NCBI GenBank assembly: GCA_043228905.1
Contig: JBHGNT010000127.1
Span: forward strand, 8,005 to 72,004
Length of the DNA: 64,000 nt
Direction of reading: 5' to 3'
Origin: Azolla caroliniana
Lineage: Eukaryota > Plantae > Polypodiophyta
A program made the position numbers and the translations under genes. Of this stretch, positions 42,337 through 57,170 are shown piece after piece. The notes beneath the pieces were generated by a model that was given only the letters and a program-made list of their open reading frames with translations, ran no database searches and was not told where the DNA came from. The stretch's first letter is position 1, and each line of letters starts with the position of its first letter.

Positions 42337-44382
42337 TGTTTGAGCACAAACATCCGATATCATACTCGCCAGCTATGAACATTTTAATTTACCTACTAGC
42401 TCTTCCAACTTCTCTTGACCTGAGTTTCCAAATCTTGATTTTTTAATTCCATATCATAGCTAGCGTTATTAGCTTCGATTCGCATGTTTGAACACAAAAA
42501 TCCGATATCACACTCGCCAGGTATGAACATTTCAATTTACCTACTAGCTCTTCCCAACTCACTCCTCTAATTTGGTAATTTTGTCATGTCTCTCGACCTG
42601 AGTTTCAAAATCTTGATTTTTTAATTACATATCATAGCTAGCAGTGTTAGCTTCGATTCGCATGTTTGTACACAAAAAGCCGATATCACACTTGCTAGGT
42701 ATGAACATTTTAATTTACTCAAGTGCTCCTCTCAACTCACTACTCAAATTTGGTAATTTCGTCATGCCTCTCGACCTGAGTTTCCAAATCTTGATTTTTT
42801 AATTCCATATCATAGCTAGCGTTGTGAGCTTCGATTCGCATGTTTGTACACAAAAATCCGATATCACACTCGCTAGGGATGAACATTTTAATTTACTCAA
42901 GGGCTCCTCTCAACTCACTCCTCAAATTTGGTAATTTCGTCATGTCTCTCGACCTGAGTTTGAAAATCTTGATTTTTTAATTCCATATCATAGCTAGCGT
43001 TGTAGGCTTCGATTCGCATGTTTGAACACAAAAAACCGATATCACACTCGCTAGGTATGAACATTTTAATTTACTCAAGGGCTCCTCCCAACTCACTCCT
43101 CAAATTTGGTTATTTCGTCATGTCTCTCGGCCTGAGTTTCAAAATCTTGATTTTTTAATTCCATATCATAGCTAACGTTGTCAACTTCGATTCGCACGTT
43201 TGTACACAAAAATCCGATATCACACTCGCTAGGTATGAACATTTTAATTTACTCAAGGGCTCCTCTCAACTCACTCCTCTAATTTGGTAATTTCTTCATG
43301 TCTCTCGACCTGAGTTTCAAAATCTTGATTTTTTAATTTCATATCATAGCTAGCGTTGTTAGCTTCGATTCGCATGTTTGAGCACAAACATCCGATATCA
43401 TACTCGCCAGCTATGAACATTTTAATTTACCTACTAGCTCTTCCAACTTCTCTTGACCTGAGTTTCCAAATCTTGATTTTTTAATTCCATATCATAGCTA
43501 GCGTTATTAGCTTCGATTCGCATGTTTGAACACAAAAATCCGATATCACACGAGCCAGGTATGAACATTTTAATTTACCTACTAGCTCTTCCAACCTCAC
43601 TCCTCAAATTTGGTAATTTCGTCATGTCTCTCGATCTGAGTTTTCAAAATATTGATTTTTTAATTCCATATCATAGCTAGCGTTGTGAGCTTCGAATCGC
43701 ATGTTTGTACACAAAAATCCGATATCACACTCGCTAGGTATGAACATTTTAATTTACTCAAGGGCTCCTCTCAACTCACTCCTCAAATTTTGTAATTTCG
43801 TCATGTCTGTCGACTTGAGTTTGAAAATCTTGACTTTTTAATTCCATATCATAGCTAGCGTTGTTAGCTTCGATTCGCATGTTTGAACACAAAAATCCGA
43901 TATCACACTCGCCAGGTATGAACATTTTAATTTACCTAGTAGCTCTTCCCAACTCACTCCTCAAATTTGTTTATTTCGTCATGTCTCTCGACCTGAGTTT
44001 GAAAATCTTGATTTCTTAATTCCATATCATAGCTAGCGTTGTCAGCTTCGATTCGCACGTTTGTACACAAAAATCCGATATCACACTCGCTAGGTATGAA
44101 CATTTTAATTTACTCAAGGGCTGCTCTCAACTCACTCCTCTAATTTGGTAATTTCGTCATGTCTCTCGACCTGAGTTTCAAAATCTTGATTTTTTAATTC
44201 CATATCATAGCTAGCGTTGTTAGCTTCGATTCGCATGTTTGAGCACAAATCTTCGATATCATACTCGCCAGGTATGAACATTTTAATTTACCTACTAGCT
44301 CTTCCAACTTCTCTTGACCTGAGTTTCAAAATCTTGATTTTTTAATTCCATATTATAGCTAGCGTTGTTAGCTTCGATTCCA
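42337..44382 (+). repeat. Three monomers with a shared 30-bp net deletion (42337-42484, 43375-43522, 44236-44382) defining 6-mer and 5-mer units
   Basis: gctcttccaacttctcttgacc at about 42400, 43438 and 44299; spacings 1038 (5 x 178 + 148) and 861. Confidence 0.92.
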
Positions 44383-47300
44383 TGTTTGAACACAAAAATC
44401 CGATATCACACTCGCCAGGTATGAACATTTTAATTTTCCTACTAGCTCTTCCCAACTCACTCCTCAAATTTGGTAATTTCGTCATGTCTCTCGACCTGAG
44501 TTTCAAAATCTTGATTTTTTAATTCCATATCAGAGCTAGCGTTGTCAGCTTTAATTCGCATGTTTGTACACAAAAAGCCGATATCACACTTGCTAGGTAT
44601 GAACATTTTAATTTACTCAAGTGCTCCTCTCAACTCACTACTCAAATTTGGTAATTTCTTCATGTCGCTCGACCTGAGTTTCAAAATCTTGATTTTTTAA
44701 TTCCATGTCATAGCTAGCGTTGTTAGCTTCGATTCGCATGTTTGAGCACAAACATCCGATATCACACTCGCCAGGTATGAACATTTTAATTTACCTACTA
44801 GCTCTTCCAACCTCACTCCTCAAATTTGGTAATTTCGTTATGTCTCTCGACCTGAGTTTCAAAATCTTGATTTTTTAATTCCATATCAGAGCTAGCGTTG
44901 TTAGCTTCGATTCGCATGTTTGTACATAAAAAGCCGATATCACACTCGCTAGGTATGAACATTTTAATTTACTCAAGGGCTCCTCTCAACTCACTCCTCT
45001 AATTTGGTAATTTTGTCATGTCTCTCGACCTGAGTCTCAAAATCTAGATTTTCTAATTCCATATCATAGCTAGCGTTGTTAGCTTCGATTCGCATGTTTG
45101 AGCACAAACATCCGATATCATACTCGCCATGTATGAACATTTTAATTTACCTACTAGCTCTTCCCAACTCACTCCTCTAATTTGGTAATTTTGTCATGTC
45201 TCTCGACCTGAGTTTCAAAATCTTGATTTTTTAATTCCATATCAGAGCTAGCGTTGTCAGCTTTGATTCGCATGTTTGTACACAAAAAGCCGATATCACA
45301 CTTGCTAGGTATGAACATTTTAATTTACTCAAGTGCTCCTCTCAACTGACTCCTCAAATTTGCTAATTTCGTCATGTCTCTCGACTTGAGTCTCAAAATC
45401 TTGATATTTTAATTCCATATCATAGCTAGCGTTGTTTGCTTCGATTCGCATGTTTGAACACAAAAAACCGATATCACACTCGCTAGGTATGAACATTTTA
45501 ATTTACTCAAGGGCTCCTCTCAACTCACTCCTCAAATTTGGTAATTTCGTCATGTCTCTGGACCTGAGTTTCAAAATCTTGATTTTTTAATTCCATATCA
45601 TAGCTAGCGTTGTTACCTTCGATTCGAATGTTTGAGCACAAACATCCGATATCACACTCGCCACGTATGAACATTTTCATTTACCTACTAGCTCTTCGAA
45701 CCTCACTCCTCAAATTTGGTAATTTCGTCATGTCTCTCGACCTGAGTTTCAAAATCTTGATTTTTTAATTCCATATCATAGCTAGCATTGTTAGCTTCGA
45801 TTCGCATGTTTGAACACAAAAATCCGATATCACACGAGCCAGGTATGAACATTTTAATTTACCTACTAGCTCTTCCCAACTCACTCCTCAAATTTGGTAA
45901 TTTCGTCATGTCTCTCGATCTGAGTTTTCAAAATCTTGATTTTTTAATTCCATATCATAGCTAGCGTTGTGAGCTTCGATTCGCATGTTTGTACACAAAA
46001 ATCCGATATCACACTCGCTAGGTATGAACATTTTAATTTACTCAAGGGCTCCTCTCAACTCACTCCTCAAATTTGGTAATTTCGTCATGTCTCTCGACCT
46101 GAGTTTCAAAATCTTGATTTTTTAATTCCATATCATAGCTAGCGTTGTTAGCTTCGATTCGCATGTTTGAACACAAAAATCCGATATCACACTCGCCAGG
46201 TATGAACATTTTAATTTACCTACTAGCTCTTCCCAACTCACTCCTCAAATTTGGTTATTTCGTCATGTCTCTCGGCCTGAGTTACAAAATCTTGATTTTT
46301 TAATTCCATATCATAGCTAACGTTGTCAACTTCGATTCGCACGTTTGTACACAAAAATCCGATATCACACTTGGTAGGTATGAACATTTTAATTTACTCA
46401 AGGGCTCCTCTCAACTCACTCCTCTAATTTGGTAATTTCGTCATGTCTCTCGACCTGAGTTTCAAAATCTTGATTTTTTAATTCCATATCATAGCTAGCG
46501 TTGTTAGCTTCGATTCGCATGTTTGAGCACAAACATCCGATATCATACTCGCCAGGTATGAACATTTTAATTTACCTACTAGCTCTTCCCAACTCACTCC
46601 TCTAATTTGGTAATTTTGTCATGTCTCTCGACCTGAATTTCAAAATCTTGATTTTTTAATTCCATATCAGAGCTAGCGTTGTTAGTTTCGATTCGCATGT
46701 TTGTACACAAAAATCCGATATCACACTTGGTAGGTATAAACATTTTAATTTACTCAAGTGCTCCTCTCAACTCACTCCTCAAATTTGCTAATTTCGTCAT
46801 GTCTCTCGACTTGAGTTTCAAAATCTTGATATTTTAATTCTATATCATAGCTAGCGTTGTGAGCTTCGATTCGCATGTTTGTACACAAAAATCCGATATC
46901 ACACTCGCTAGGTATGAACATTTTAATTTACTCAAGGGCTCCTCTCAACTCACTCCTCAAATTTAGTAATTTCGTCATGTCTCTCGACCTGAGTTTGAAA
47001 ATCTTGACTTTTTAATTCCATATCATATCTAGCGTTGTTAGCTTCGATTCGCATGTTTGAACACAAAAATCCGATATCACACTTGCTAGGTATGAACATT
47101 TTAATTTACTCAAGTGCTCCTCTCAACTCACTACTCAAATTTGGTAATTTCGTCATGCCTCTCGACCTGAGTTTCCAAATCTTGATTTTTTAATTCCATA
47201 TCATAGCTAGCGTTGTGAGCTTCGATTCGCATGTTTGTACACAAAAATCCGATATCACACTCGCTAGGTATGAACATTTTAATTTACTCAAGGGCTCCTC

Positions 47301-47399
47301 TCAACTCACTCCTCAAATTTTGTAATTTCGTCATGTCTCTCGACCTGAGTTTGAAAATCTTGACTTTTTAATTCCATATCATATCTAGCGTTGTTAGCT

Positions 47400-50300
47400 T
47401 CGATTCGCATGTTTGAACACAAAAATCCGATATCACACTTGCTAGGTATGAACATTTTAATTTACTCAAGTGCTCCTCTCAACTCACTACTCAAATTTGG
47501 TAATTTCTTCATGTCGCTCGACCTGAGTTTCAAAATCTTGATTTTTTAATTCCATATCATAGCTAGCGTTGTTAGCTTCGATTCGCATGTTTGAGCACAA
47601 ACATCCGATATCACACTCGCCAGGTATGAACATTTTAATTTACCTACTAGCTCTTCCAACCTCACTCCTCAAATTTGGTAATTTCGTTATGTCTCTCGAC
47701 CTGAGTTTCAAAATCTTGATTTTTTAATTCCATATCAGAGCTAGCGTTGTTAGCTTCGATTCGCATGTTTGTACATAAAAAGCCGATATCACACTCGCTA
47801 GGTATGAACATTTTAATTTACTCAAGGGCTCGTCTCAACTCACTCCTCTAATTTTGTAATTTCGTCATGTCTCTCGACCTGAGTCTCAAAATCTAGATTT
47901 TCTAATTCCATATCATAGCTAGCGTTGTTAGCTTCGATTCGCATGTTTGAGCACAAACATCCGATATCATACTCGCCAGGTATGAACATTTTAATTTACC
48001 TACTAGCTCTTCCCAACTCACTCCTCTAATTTGGTAATTTTGTCATGTCTCTCGACCTGAGTTTCAAAATCTTGATTTTTTAATTCCATATCAGAGCTAG
48101 CGTTGTCAGCTTTAATTTGCATGTTTGTACACAAAAAGCCGATATCACACTTGCCAGGTATGAACATTTTAATTTACTCAAGTGCTCCTCTCAACTCACT
48201 CCTCAAATTTGCTAATTTCGTCATGTCTCTCGACTTGAGTCTCAAAATCTTGATATTTTAATTCCATATCATAGCTAGCGTTGTTTGCTTCGATTCGCAT
48301 GTTTGAACACAAAAAACCGATATCACACTCGCTAGGTATGAACATTTTAATTTACTCAAGGGCTCCTCTCAACTCACTCCTAAAATTTGGTAATTTCGTC
48401 ATGTCTCTGGACCTGAGTTTCAAAATCTTGATTTTTTAATTCCATATCATAGCTAGCGTTGTTAGCTTCGATTCGAATATTTGAGCACAAACATCCGATA
48501 TCACACTCGCCACGTATGAACATTTTCATTTACCTACTAGCTCTTCGAACCTCACTCCTCAAATTTTGTAATTTCATCATGTCTCTCGACCTGAGTTTGA
48601 AAATCTTGACTTTTTAATTCCATATCATATCTAGCGTTGTTAGCTTCGATTCGCATGTTTGAACACAAAAATCCGATATCACACTTGCTAGGTATGAACA
48701 TTTTAATTTACTCAAGTGCTCCTCTCAACTCACTACTCAAATTTGGTAATTTCTTCATGTCGCTCGACCTGAGTTTCAAAATCTTGATTTTTTAATTCCA
48801 TATCATAACTAGCGTTGTTAGCTTCGATTCGCATGTTTGAGCACAAACATCCGATATCACACTCGCCAGGTATGAACATTTTAATTTACCTACTAGCTCT
48901 TCCAACCTCACTCCTCAAATTTGGTAATTTCGTTATGTCTCTCGACCTGAGTTTCAAAATCTTGATTTTTTAATTCCATATCAGAGCTAGCGTTGTTAGC
49001 TTCGATTCGCATGTTTGTACATAAAAAGCCGATATCACACTCGCTAGGTATGAACATTTTAATTTACTCAAGGGCTCGTCTCAACTCACTCCTCTAATTT
49101 TGTAATTTCGTCATGTCTCTCGACCTGAGTCTCAAAATCTAGATTTTCTAATTCCATATCATAGCTAGCGTTGTTAGCTTTGATTCGCATGTTTGAGCAC
49201 AAACATCCGATATCATACTCGCCAGGTATGAACATTTTAATTTACTCAAGTGCTCTTCCCAACTCACTCCTCTAATTTGGTAATTTTGTCATGTCTCTCG
49301 ACCTGAGTTTCAAAATCTTGATTTTTTAATTCCATATCAGAGCTAGCGTTGTCAGCTTTAATTCGCATGTTTGTACACAAAAAGCGGATATCACACTTGC
49401 TAGGTATGAACATTTTAATTTACTCAAGTGCTCCTCTCAACTCACTCCTCAAATTTGCTAATTTCGTCATGTCTCTCGACTTGAGTCTCAAAATCTTGAT
49501 ATTTTAATTCCATATCATAGCTAGCGTTGTTTGCTTCGATTCGCATGTTTGAACACAAAAAACCGATATCACACTCGCTAGGTATGAACATTTTAATTTA
49601 CTCAAGGGCTCCTCTCAACTCACTCCTAAAATTTGGTAATTTCGTCATGTCTCTGGACCTGAGTTTCAAAATCTTGATTTTTTAATTCCATATCATAGCT
49701 AGCGTTGTTAGCTTCGATTCGAATGTTTGAGCACAAACATCCGATATCACACTCGCCACGTATGAACATTTTCATTTACCTACTAGCTCTTCGAACCTCA
49801 CTCCTCAAATTTGGTAATTTCGTCATGTCTCTCGACCTGAGTTTCAAAATCTTGATTTTTTAATTCCATATCATAGCTAACGTTGTCAACTTCGATTCGC
49901 ACGTTTGTACACAAAAATCCGATATCACACGAGCCAGGTATGAACATTTTAATTTACCTACTAGCTCTTCCCAACTCACTCCTCAAATTTGGTAATTTCG
50001 TCATGTCTCTCGATCTGAGTTTTCAAAATCTTGATTTTTTAATTCCATATCATAGCTAGCGTTGTGAGCTTCGATTCGCATGTTTGTACACAAAAATCCG
50101 ATATCACACTCGCTAGGTATGAACATTTTAATTTACTCAAGGGCTCCTCTCAACTCACTCCTCAAATTTGGTAATTTCGTCATGTCTCTCGACCTGAGTT
50201 TCAAAATCTTGATTTTTTAATTCCATATCATAGCTAGCGTTGTTAGCTTCGATTCGCATGTTTGAACACAAAAATCCGATATCACACGAGCCAGGTATGA

Positions 50301-53300
50301 ACATTTTAATTTACCTACTAGCTCTTCCCAACTCACTCCTCAAATTTGGTAATTTCGTCATGTCTCTCGATCTGAGTTTTCAAAATCTTGATTTTTTAAT
50401 TCCATATCATAGCTAGCGTTGTGAGCTTCGATTCGCATGTTTGTACACAAAAATCCGATATCACACTCGCTAGGTATGAACATTTTGATTTACTCAAGGG
50501 CTCCTCTCAACTCACTCCTCAAATTTGGTAATTTCGTCATGTCTCTCGACCTGAATTTCAAAATCTTGATTTTTTAATTCCATATCATAGCTAGCGTTGT
50601 TAGCTTCGATTCGCATGTTTGAGCACAAACATCCGATATCATACTCGCCAGGTATGAACATTTTAATTTACCTACTAGCTCTTCCCAACTCACTCCTCTA
50701 ATTTGGTAATTTTGTCATGTCTCTCGACCTGAATTTCAAAATCTTGATTTTTTAATTCCATATCAGAGCTAGCGTTGTTAGCTTCGATTCGCATGTTTGT
50801 ACACAAAAATCCGATATCACACTTGGTAGGTATGAACATTTTAATTTACTCAAGTGCTCCTCTCAACTCACTCCTCAAATTTGCTAATTTCGTCATGTCT
50901 CTCGACTTGAGTTTCAAAATCTTGATATTTTAATTCTATATCATAGCTAGCGTTGTGAGCTTCGATTCGCATGTTTGTACACAAAAATCCGATATCACAC
51001 TCGCTAGGTATGAACATTTTAATTTACTCAAGGGCTCCTCTCAACTCACTCCTCAAATTTGGTAATTTCGTCATGTCTCTCGACCTGAGTTTGAAAATCT
51101 TGACTTTTTAATTCCATATCATAGCTAGCGTTGTTAGCTTCGATTCGCATGTTTGAACACAAAAATCCGATATCACACTTGCTAGGTATGAACATTTTAA
51201 TTTACTCAAGTGCTCCTCTCAACTCACTACTCAAATTTGGTAATTTCTTCATGTCGCTCGACCTGAGTTTCAAAATCTTGATTTTTTAATTCCATATCAT
51301 AACTAGCGTTGTTAGCTTCGATTCGCATGTTTGAGCACAAACATCCGATATCACACTCGCCAGGTATGAACATTTTAATTTACCTACTAGCTCTTCCAAC
51401 CTCACTCCTCAAATTTGGTAATTTCGTTATGTCTCTCGACCTGAGTTTCAAAATCTTGATTTTTTAATTCCATATCAGAGCTAGCGTTGTTAGCTTCGAT
51501 TCGCATGTTTGTACATAAAAAGCCGATATCACACTCGCTAGGTATGAACATTTTAATTTACTCAAGGGCTCGTCTCAACTCACTCCTCTAATTTTGTAAT
51601 TTCGTCATGTCTCTCGACCTGAGTCTCAAAATCTAGATTTTCTAATTCCATATCATAGCTAGCGTTGTTAGCTTCGATTCGCATGTTTGAGCACAAACAT
51701 CCGATATCATACTCGCCAGGTATGAACATTTTAATTTACTCAAGTGCTCTTCCCAACTCACTCCTCTAATTTGGTAATTTTGTCATGTCTCTCGACCTGA
51801 GTTTCAAAATCTTGATTTTTTAATTCCATATCAGAGCTAGCGTTGTCAGCTTTAATTGGCATGTTTGTACACAAAAAGCCGATATCACACTTGCTAGGTA
51901 TGAACATTTTAATTTACTCAAGTGCTCCTCTCAACTCACTCCTCAAATTTGCTAATTTCGTCATGTCTCTCGACTTGAGTCTCAAAATCTTGATATTTTA
52001 ATTCCATATCATAGCTAGCGTTGTTTGCTTCGATTCGCATGTTTGAACACAAAAAACCGATATCACACTCGCTAGGTATGAACATTTTAATTTACTCAAG
52101 GGCTCCTCTCAACTCACTCCTAAAATTTGGTAATTTCGTCATGTCTCTTGACCTGAGTTTCAAAATCTTGATTTTTTAATTCCATATCATAGCTAGCGTT
52201 GTTAGCTTCGATTCGAATGTTTGAGCACAAACATCCGATATCACACTCGCCACGTATGAACATTTTCATTTACCTACTAGCTCTTCGAACCTCACTCCTC
52301 AAATTTGGTAATTTCGTCATGTCTCTCGACCTGAGTTTCAAAATCTTGATTTTTTAATTCCATATCATAGCTAACGTTGTCAACTTCGATTCGCACGTTT
52401 GTACACAAAAATCTGATATCACACGAGCCAGGTATGAACATTTTAATTTACCTACTAGCTCTTCCCAACTCACTCCTCAAATTTGGTAATTTCGTCATGT
52501 CTCTCGATCTGAGTTTTCAAAATCTTGATTTTTTAATTCCATATCATAGTTAGCGTTGTGAGCTTCGATTCGCATGTTTGTACACAAAAATCCGATATCA
52601 CACTCGCTAGGTATGAACATTTTAATTTACTCAAGGGCTCCTCTCAACTCACTCCTCAAATTTGGTAATTTCGTCATGTCTCTCGACCTGAGTTTCAAAA
52701 TCTTGATTTTTTAATTCCATATCATAGCTAGCGTTGTTAGCTTCGATTCGCATGTTTGAACACAAAAATCCGATATCACACGAGCCAGGTATGAACATTT
52801 TAATTTACCTACTAGCTCTTCCCAACTCACTCCTCAAATTTGGTAATTTCGTCATGTCTCTCGACCTGAGTTTCAAAATCTTGATTTTTTAATTCCATAT
52901 CATAGCTAGCGTTGTTAGCTTCGATTCGCATGTTTGAACACAAAAATCCGATATCACACGAGCCAGGTATGAACATTTTAATTTACCTACTAGCTCTTCC
53001 CAACTCACTCCTCAAATTTGGTAATTTCGTCATGTCTCTCGATCTGAGTTTTCAAAATCTTGATTTTTTAATTCCATATCATAGCTAGCGTTGTGAGCTT
53101 CGATTCGCATGTTTGTACACAAAAATCCGATATCACACTCGCTAGGTATGAACATTTTGATTTACTCAAGGGCTCCTCTCAACTCACTCCTCAAATTTGG
53201 TAATTTCGTCATGTCTCTCGACCTGAATTTCAAAATCTTGATTTTTTAATTCCATATCATAGCTAGCGTTGTTAGCTTCGATTCGCATGTTTGAGCACAA

Positions 53301-56300
53301 ACATCCGATATCATACTCGCCAGGTATGAACATTTTAATTTACCTACTAGCTCTTCCCAACTCACTCCTCAAATTTGGTAATTTCATCATGTCTCTCGAC
53401 CTGAGTTTCAAAATCTTGATTTTTTAATTCCATATCATAGCTAGCGTTGTTAGCTTCGATTCGCATGTTTGAACACAAAAATCCGATATCACACTTGCTA
53501 GGTATGAACATTTTAATTTACTCAAGTGCTCCTCTCAACTCACTACTCAAATTTGGTAATTTCTTCATGTCGCTCGACCTGAGTTTCAAAATCTTGATTT
53601 TTTAATTCCATATCATAACTAGCGTTGTTAGCTTCGATTCGCATGTTTGAGCACAAACATCCGATATCACACTCGCCAGGTATGAACATTTTAATTTACC
53701 TACTAGCTCTTCCAACCTCACTCCTCAAATTTGGTAATTTCGTTATGTCTCTCGACCTGAGTTTCAAAATCTTGATTTTTTAATTCCATATCAGAGCTAG
53801 CGTTGTTAGCTTCGATTCGCATGTTTGTACATAAAAAGCCGATATCACACTCGCTAGGTATGAACATTTTAATTTACTCAAGGGCTCGTCTCAACTCACT
53901 CCTCTAATTTTGTAATTTCGTCATGTCTCTCGACCTGAGTCTCAAAATCTAGATTTTCTAATTCCATATCATAGCTAGCGTTGTTAGCTTCGATTCGCAT
54001 GTTTGAGCACAAACATCCGATATCATACTCGCCAGGTATGAACATTTTAATTTACTCAAGTGCTCTTCCCAACTCACTCCTCTAATTTGGTAATTTTGTC
54101 ATGTCTCTCGACCTGAGTTTCAAAATCTTGATTTTTTAATTCCATATCAGAGCTAGCGTTGTCAGCTTTAATTGGCATGTTTGTACACAAAAAGCCGATA
54201 TCACACTTGCTAGGTATGAACATTTTAATTTACTCAAGTGCTCCTCTCAACTCACTCCTCAAATTTGCTAATTTCGTCATGTCTCTCGACTTGAGTCTCA
54301 AAATCTTGATATTTTAATTCCATATCATAGCTAGCGTTGTTTGCTTCGATTCGCATGTTTGAACACAAAAAACCGATATCACACTCGCTAGGTATGAACA
54401 TTTTAATTTACTCAAGGGCTCCTCTCAACTCACTCCTAAAATTTGGTAATTTCGTCATGTCTCTTGACCTGAGTTTCAAAATCTTGATTTTTTAATTCCA
54501 TATCATAGCTAGCGTTGTTAGCTTCGATTCGAATGTTTGAGCACAAACATCCGATATCACACTCGCCACGTATGAACATTTTCATTTACCTACTAGCTCT
54601 TCGAACCTCACTCCTCAAATTTGGTAATTTCGTCATGTCTCTCGACCTGAGTTTCAAAATCTTGATTTTTTAATTCCATATCATAGCTAACGTTGTCAAC
54701 TTCGATTCGCACGTTTGTACACAAAAATCGGATATCACACGAGCCAGGTATGAACATTTTAATTTACCTACTAGCTCTTCCCAACTCACTCCTCAAATTT
54801 GGTAATTTCGTCATGTCTCTCGATCTGAGTTTTCAAAATCTTGATTTTTTAATTCCATATCATAGCTAGCGTTGTGAGCTTCGATTCGCATGTTTGTACA
54901 CAAAAATCCGATATCACACTCGCTAGGTATGAACATTTTAATTTACTCAAGGGCTCCTCTCAACTCACTCCTCAAATTTGGTAATTTCGTCATGTCTCTC
55001 GACCTGAGTTTCAAAATCTTGATTTTTTAATTCCATATCATAGCTAGCGTTGTTAGCTTCGATTCGCATGTTTGAACACAAAAATCCGATATCACACGAG
55101 CCAGGTATGAACATTTTAATTTACCTACTAGCTCTTCCCAACTCACTCCTCAAATTTGGTAATTTCGTCATGTCTCTCGATCTGAGTTTTCAAAATCTTG
55201 ATTTTTTAATTCCATATCATAGCTAGCGTTGTGAGCTTCGATTCGCATGTTTGTACACAAAAATCCGATATCACACTCGCTAGGTATGAACATTTTGATT
55301 TACTCAAGGGCTCCTCTCAACTCACTCCTCAAATTTGGTAATTTCGTCATGTCTCTCGACCTGAATTTCAAAATCTTGATTTTTTAATTCCATATCATAG
55401 CTAGCGTTGTTAGCTTCGATTCGCATGTTTGAGCACAAACATCCGATATCATACTCGCCAGGTATGAACATTTTAATTTACCTACTAGCTCTTCCCAACT
55501 CACTCCTCTAATTTGGTAATTTTGTCATGTCTCTCGACCTGAATTTCAAAATCTTGATTTTTTAATTCCATATCAGAGCTAGCGTTGTTAGCTTCGATTC
55601 GCATGTTTGTACACAAAAATCCGATATCACACTTGGTAGGTATGAACATTTTAATTTACTCAAGTGCTCCTCTCAACTCACTCCTCAAATTTGCTAATTT
55701 CGTCATGTCTCTCGACTTGAGTTTCAAAATCTTGATATTTTAATTCTATATCATAGCTAGCGTTGTGAGCTTCGATTCGCATGTTTGTACACAAAAATCC
55801 GATATCACACTCGCTAGGTATGAACATTTTAATTTACTCAAGGGCTCCTCTCAACTCACTCCTCAAATGTGGTAATTTCGTCATGTCTCTCGACCTGAGT
55901 TTGAAAATCTTGACTTTTTAATTCCATATCATATCTAGCGTTGTTAGCTTCGATTCGCATGTTTGAACACAAAAATCCGATATCACACTTGCTAGGTATG
56001 AACATTTTAATTTACTCAAGTGCTCCTCTCAACTCACTACTCAAATTTGGTAATTTCGTCATGCCTCTCCACCTGAGTTTCCAAATCTTGATTTTTTAAT
56101 TCCATATCATAGCTAGCGTTGTGAGCTTCGATTCGCATGTTTGTACACAAAAATCCGATATCACACTCGCTAGGTATGAACATTTTAATTTACTCAAGGG
56201 CTCCTCTCAACTCACTCCACAAATTTTGTAATTTCGTCATGTCTCTCGACCTGAGTTTGAAAATCTTGACCTTTTAATTCCATATCATATCTAGCGTTGT

Positions 56301-57170
56301 TAGCTTCGATTCGCATGTTTGAACACAAAAATCCGATATCACACTTGCTAGGTATGAACATTTTAATTTACTCAAGGGCTCCTCTCAACTCACTCCTCAA
56401 ATTTGGTAATTTCGTCATGTCTCTGGACCTGAGTTTCAAAATCTTGATTTTTTAATTCCATATCATAGCTAGCGTTGTTAGCTTCGATTCGAATGTTTGA
56501 GCACAAACATCCGATATCACACTCGCCACGTATGAACATTTTCATTTACCTACTAGCTCTTCGAACCTCACTCCTCAAATTTGGTAATTTCGTCATGTCT
56601 CTCGACCTGAGTTTCAAAATCTTGATTTTTTAATTCCATATCATAGCTAGCATTGTTAGCTTCGATTCGCATGTTTGAACACAAAAATCCGATATCACAC
56701 GAGCCAGGTATGAACATTTTAATTTACTCAAGTGCTCCTCTCAACTCACTACTCAAATTTGGTAATTTCTTCATGTCGCTCGACCTGAGTTTCAAAATCT
56801 TGATTTTTTAATTCCATATAATAGCTAGCGTTGTTAGCTTCGATTCGCAAGTTTGAGCACAAACATCCGATATCACACTCGCCAGGTATGAACATTTTAA
56901 TTTACCTACTAGCTCTTCCAACCTCACTCCTCAAATTTGGTAATTTCGTTATGTCTCTCGACCTGAGTTTCAAAATCTTGATTTTTTAACTCCATATCAG
57001 AGCTAGCGTTGTTAGCTTCGATTCGCATGTTTGTACATAAAAAGCCGATATCACACTCGCTAGGTATGAACATTTTAATTTACTCAAGGGCTCGTCTCAA
57101 CTCACTCCTCTAATTTGGTAATTTCGTCATGTCTCTCGACCTGAGTCTAAAAATCTAGATTTTCTAATTC
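47400..57170 (+). repeat. Variable-length higher-order repeat block (7, 14, 13 and 18 monomers) sharing a core cassette
   Basis: Rare gggctcgtctc variant at 47831, 49077, 51571, 53887, 57093; spacings 1246, 2494, 2316, 3206. About 48640-51100 recurs at +4810. Confidence 0.88.
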
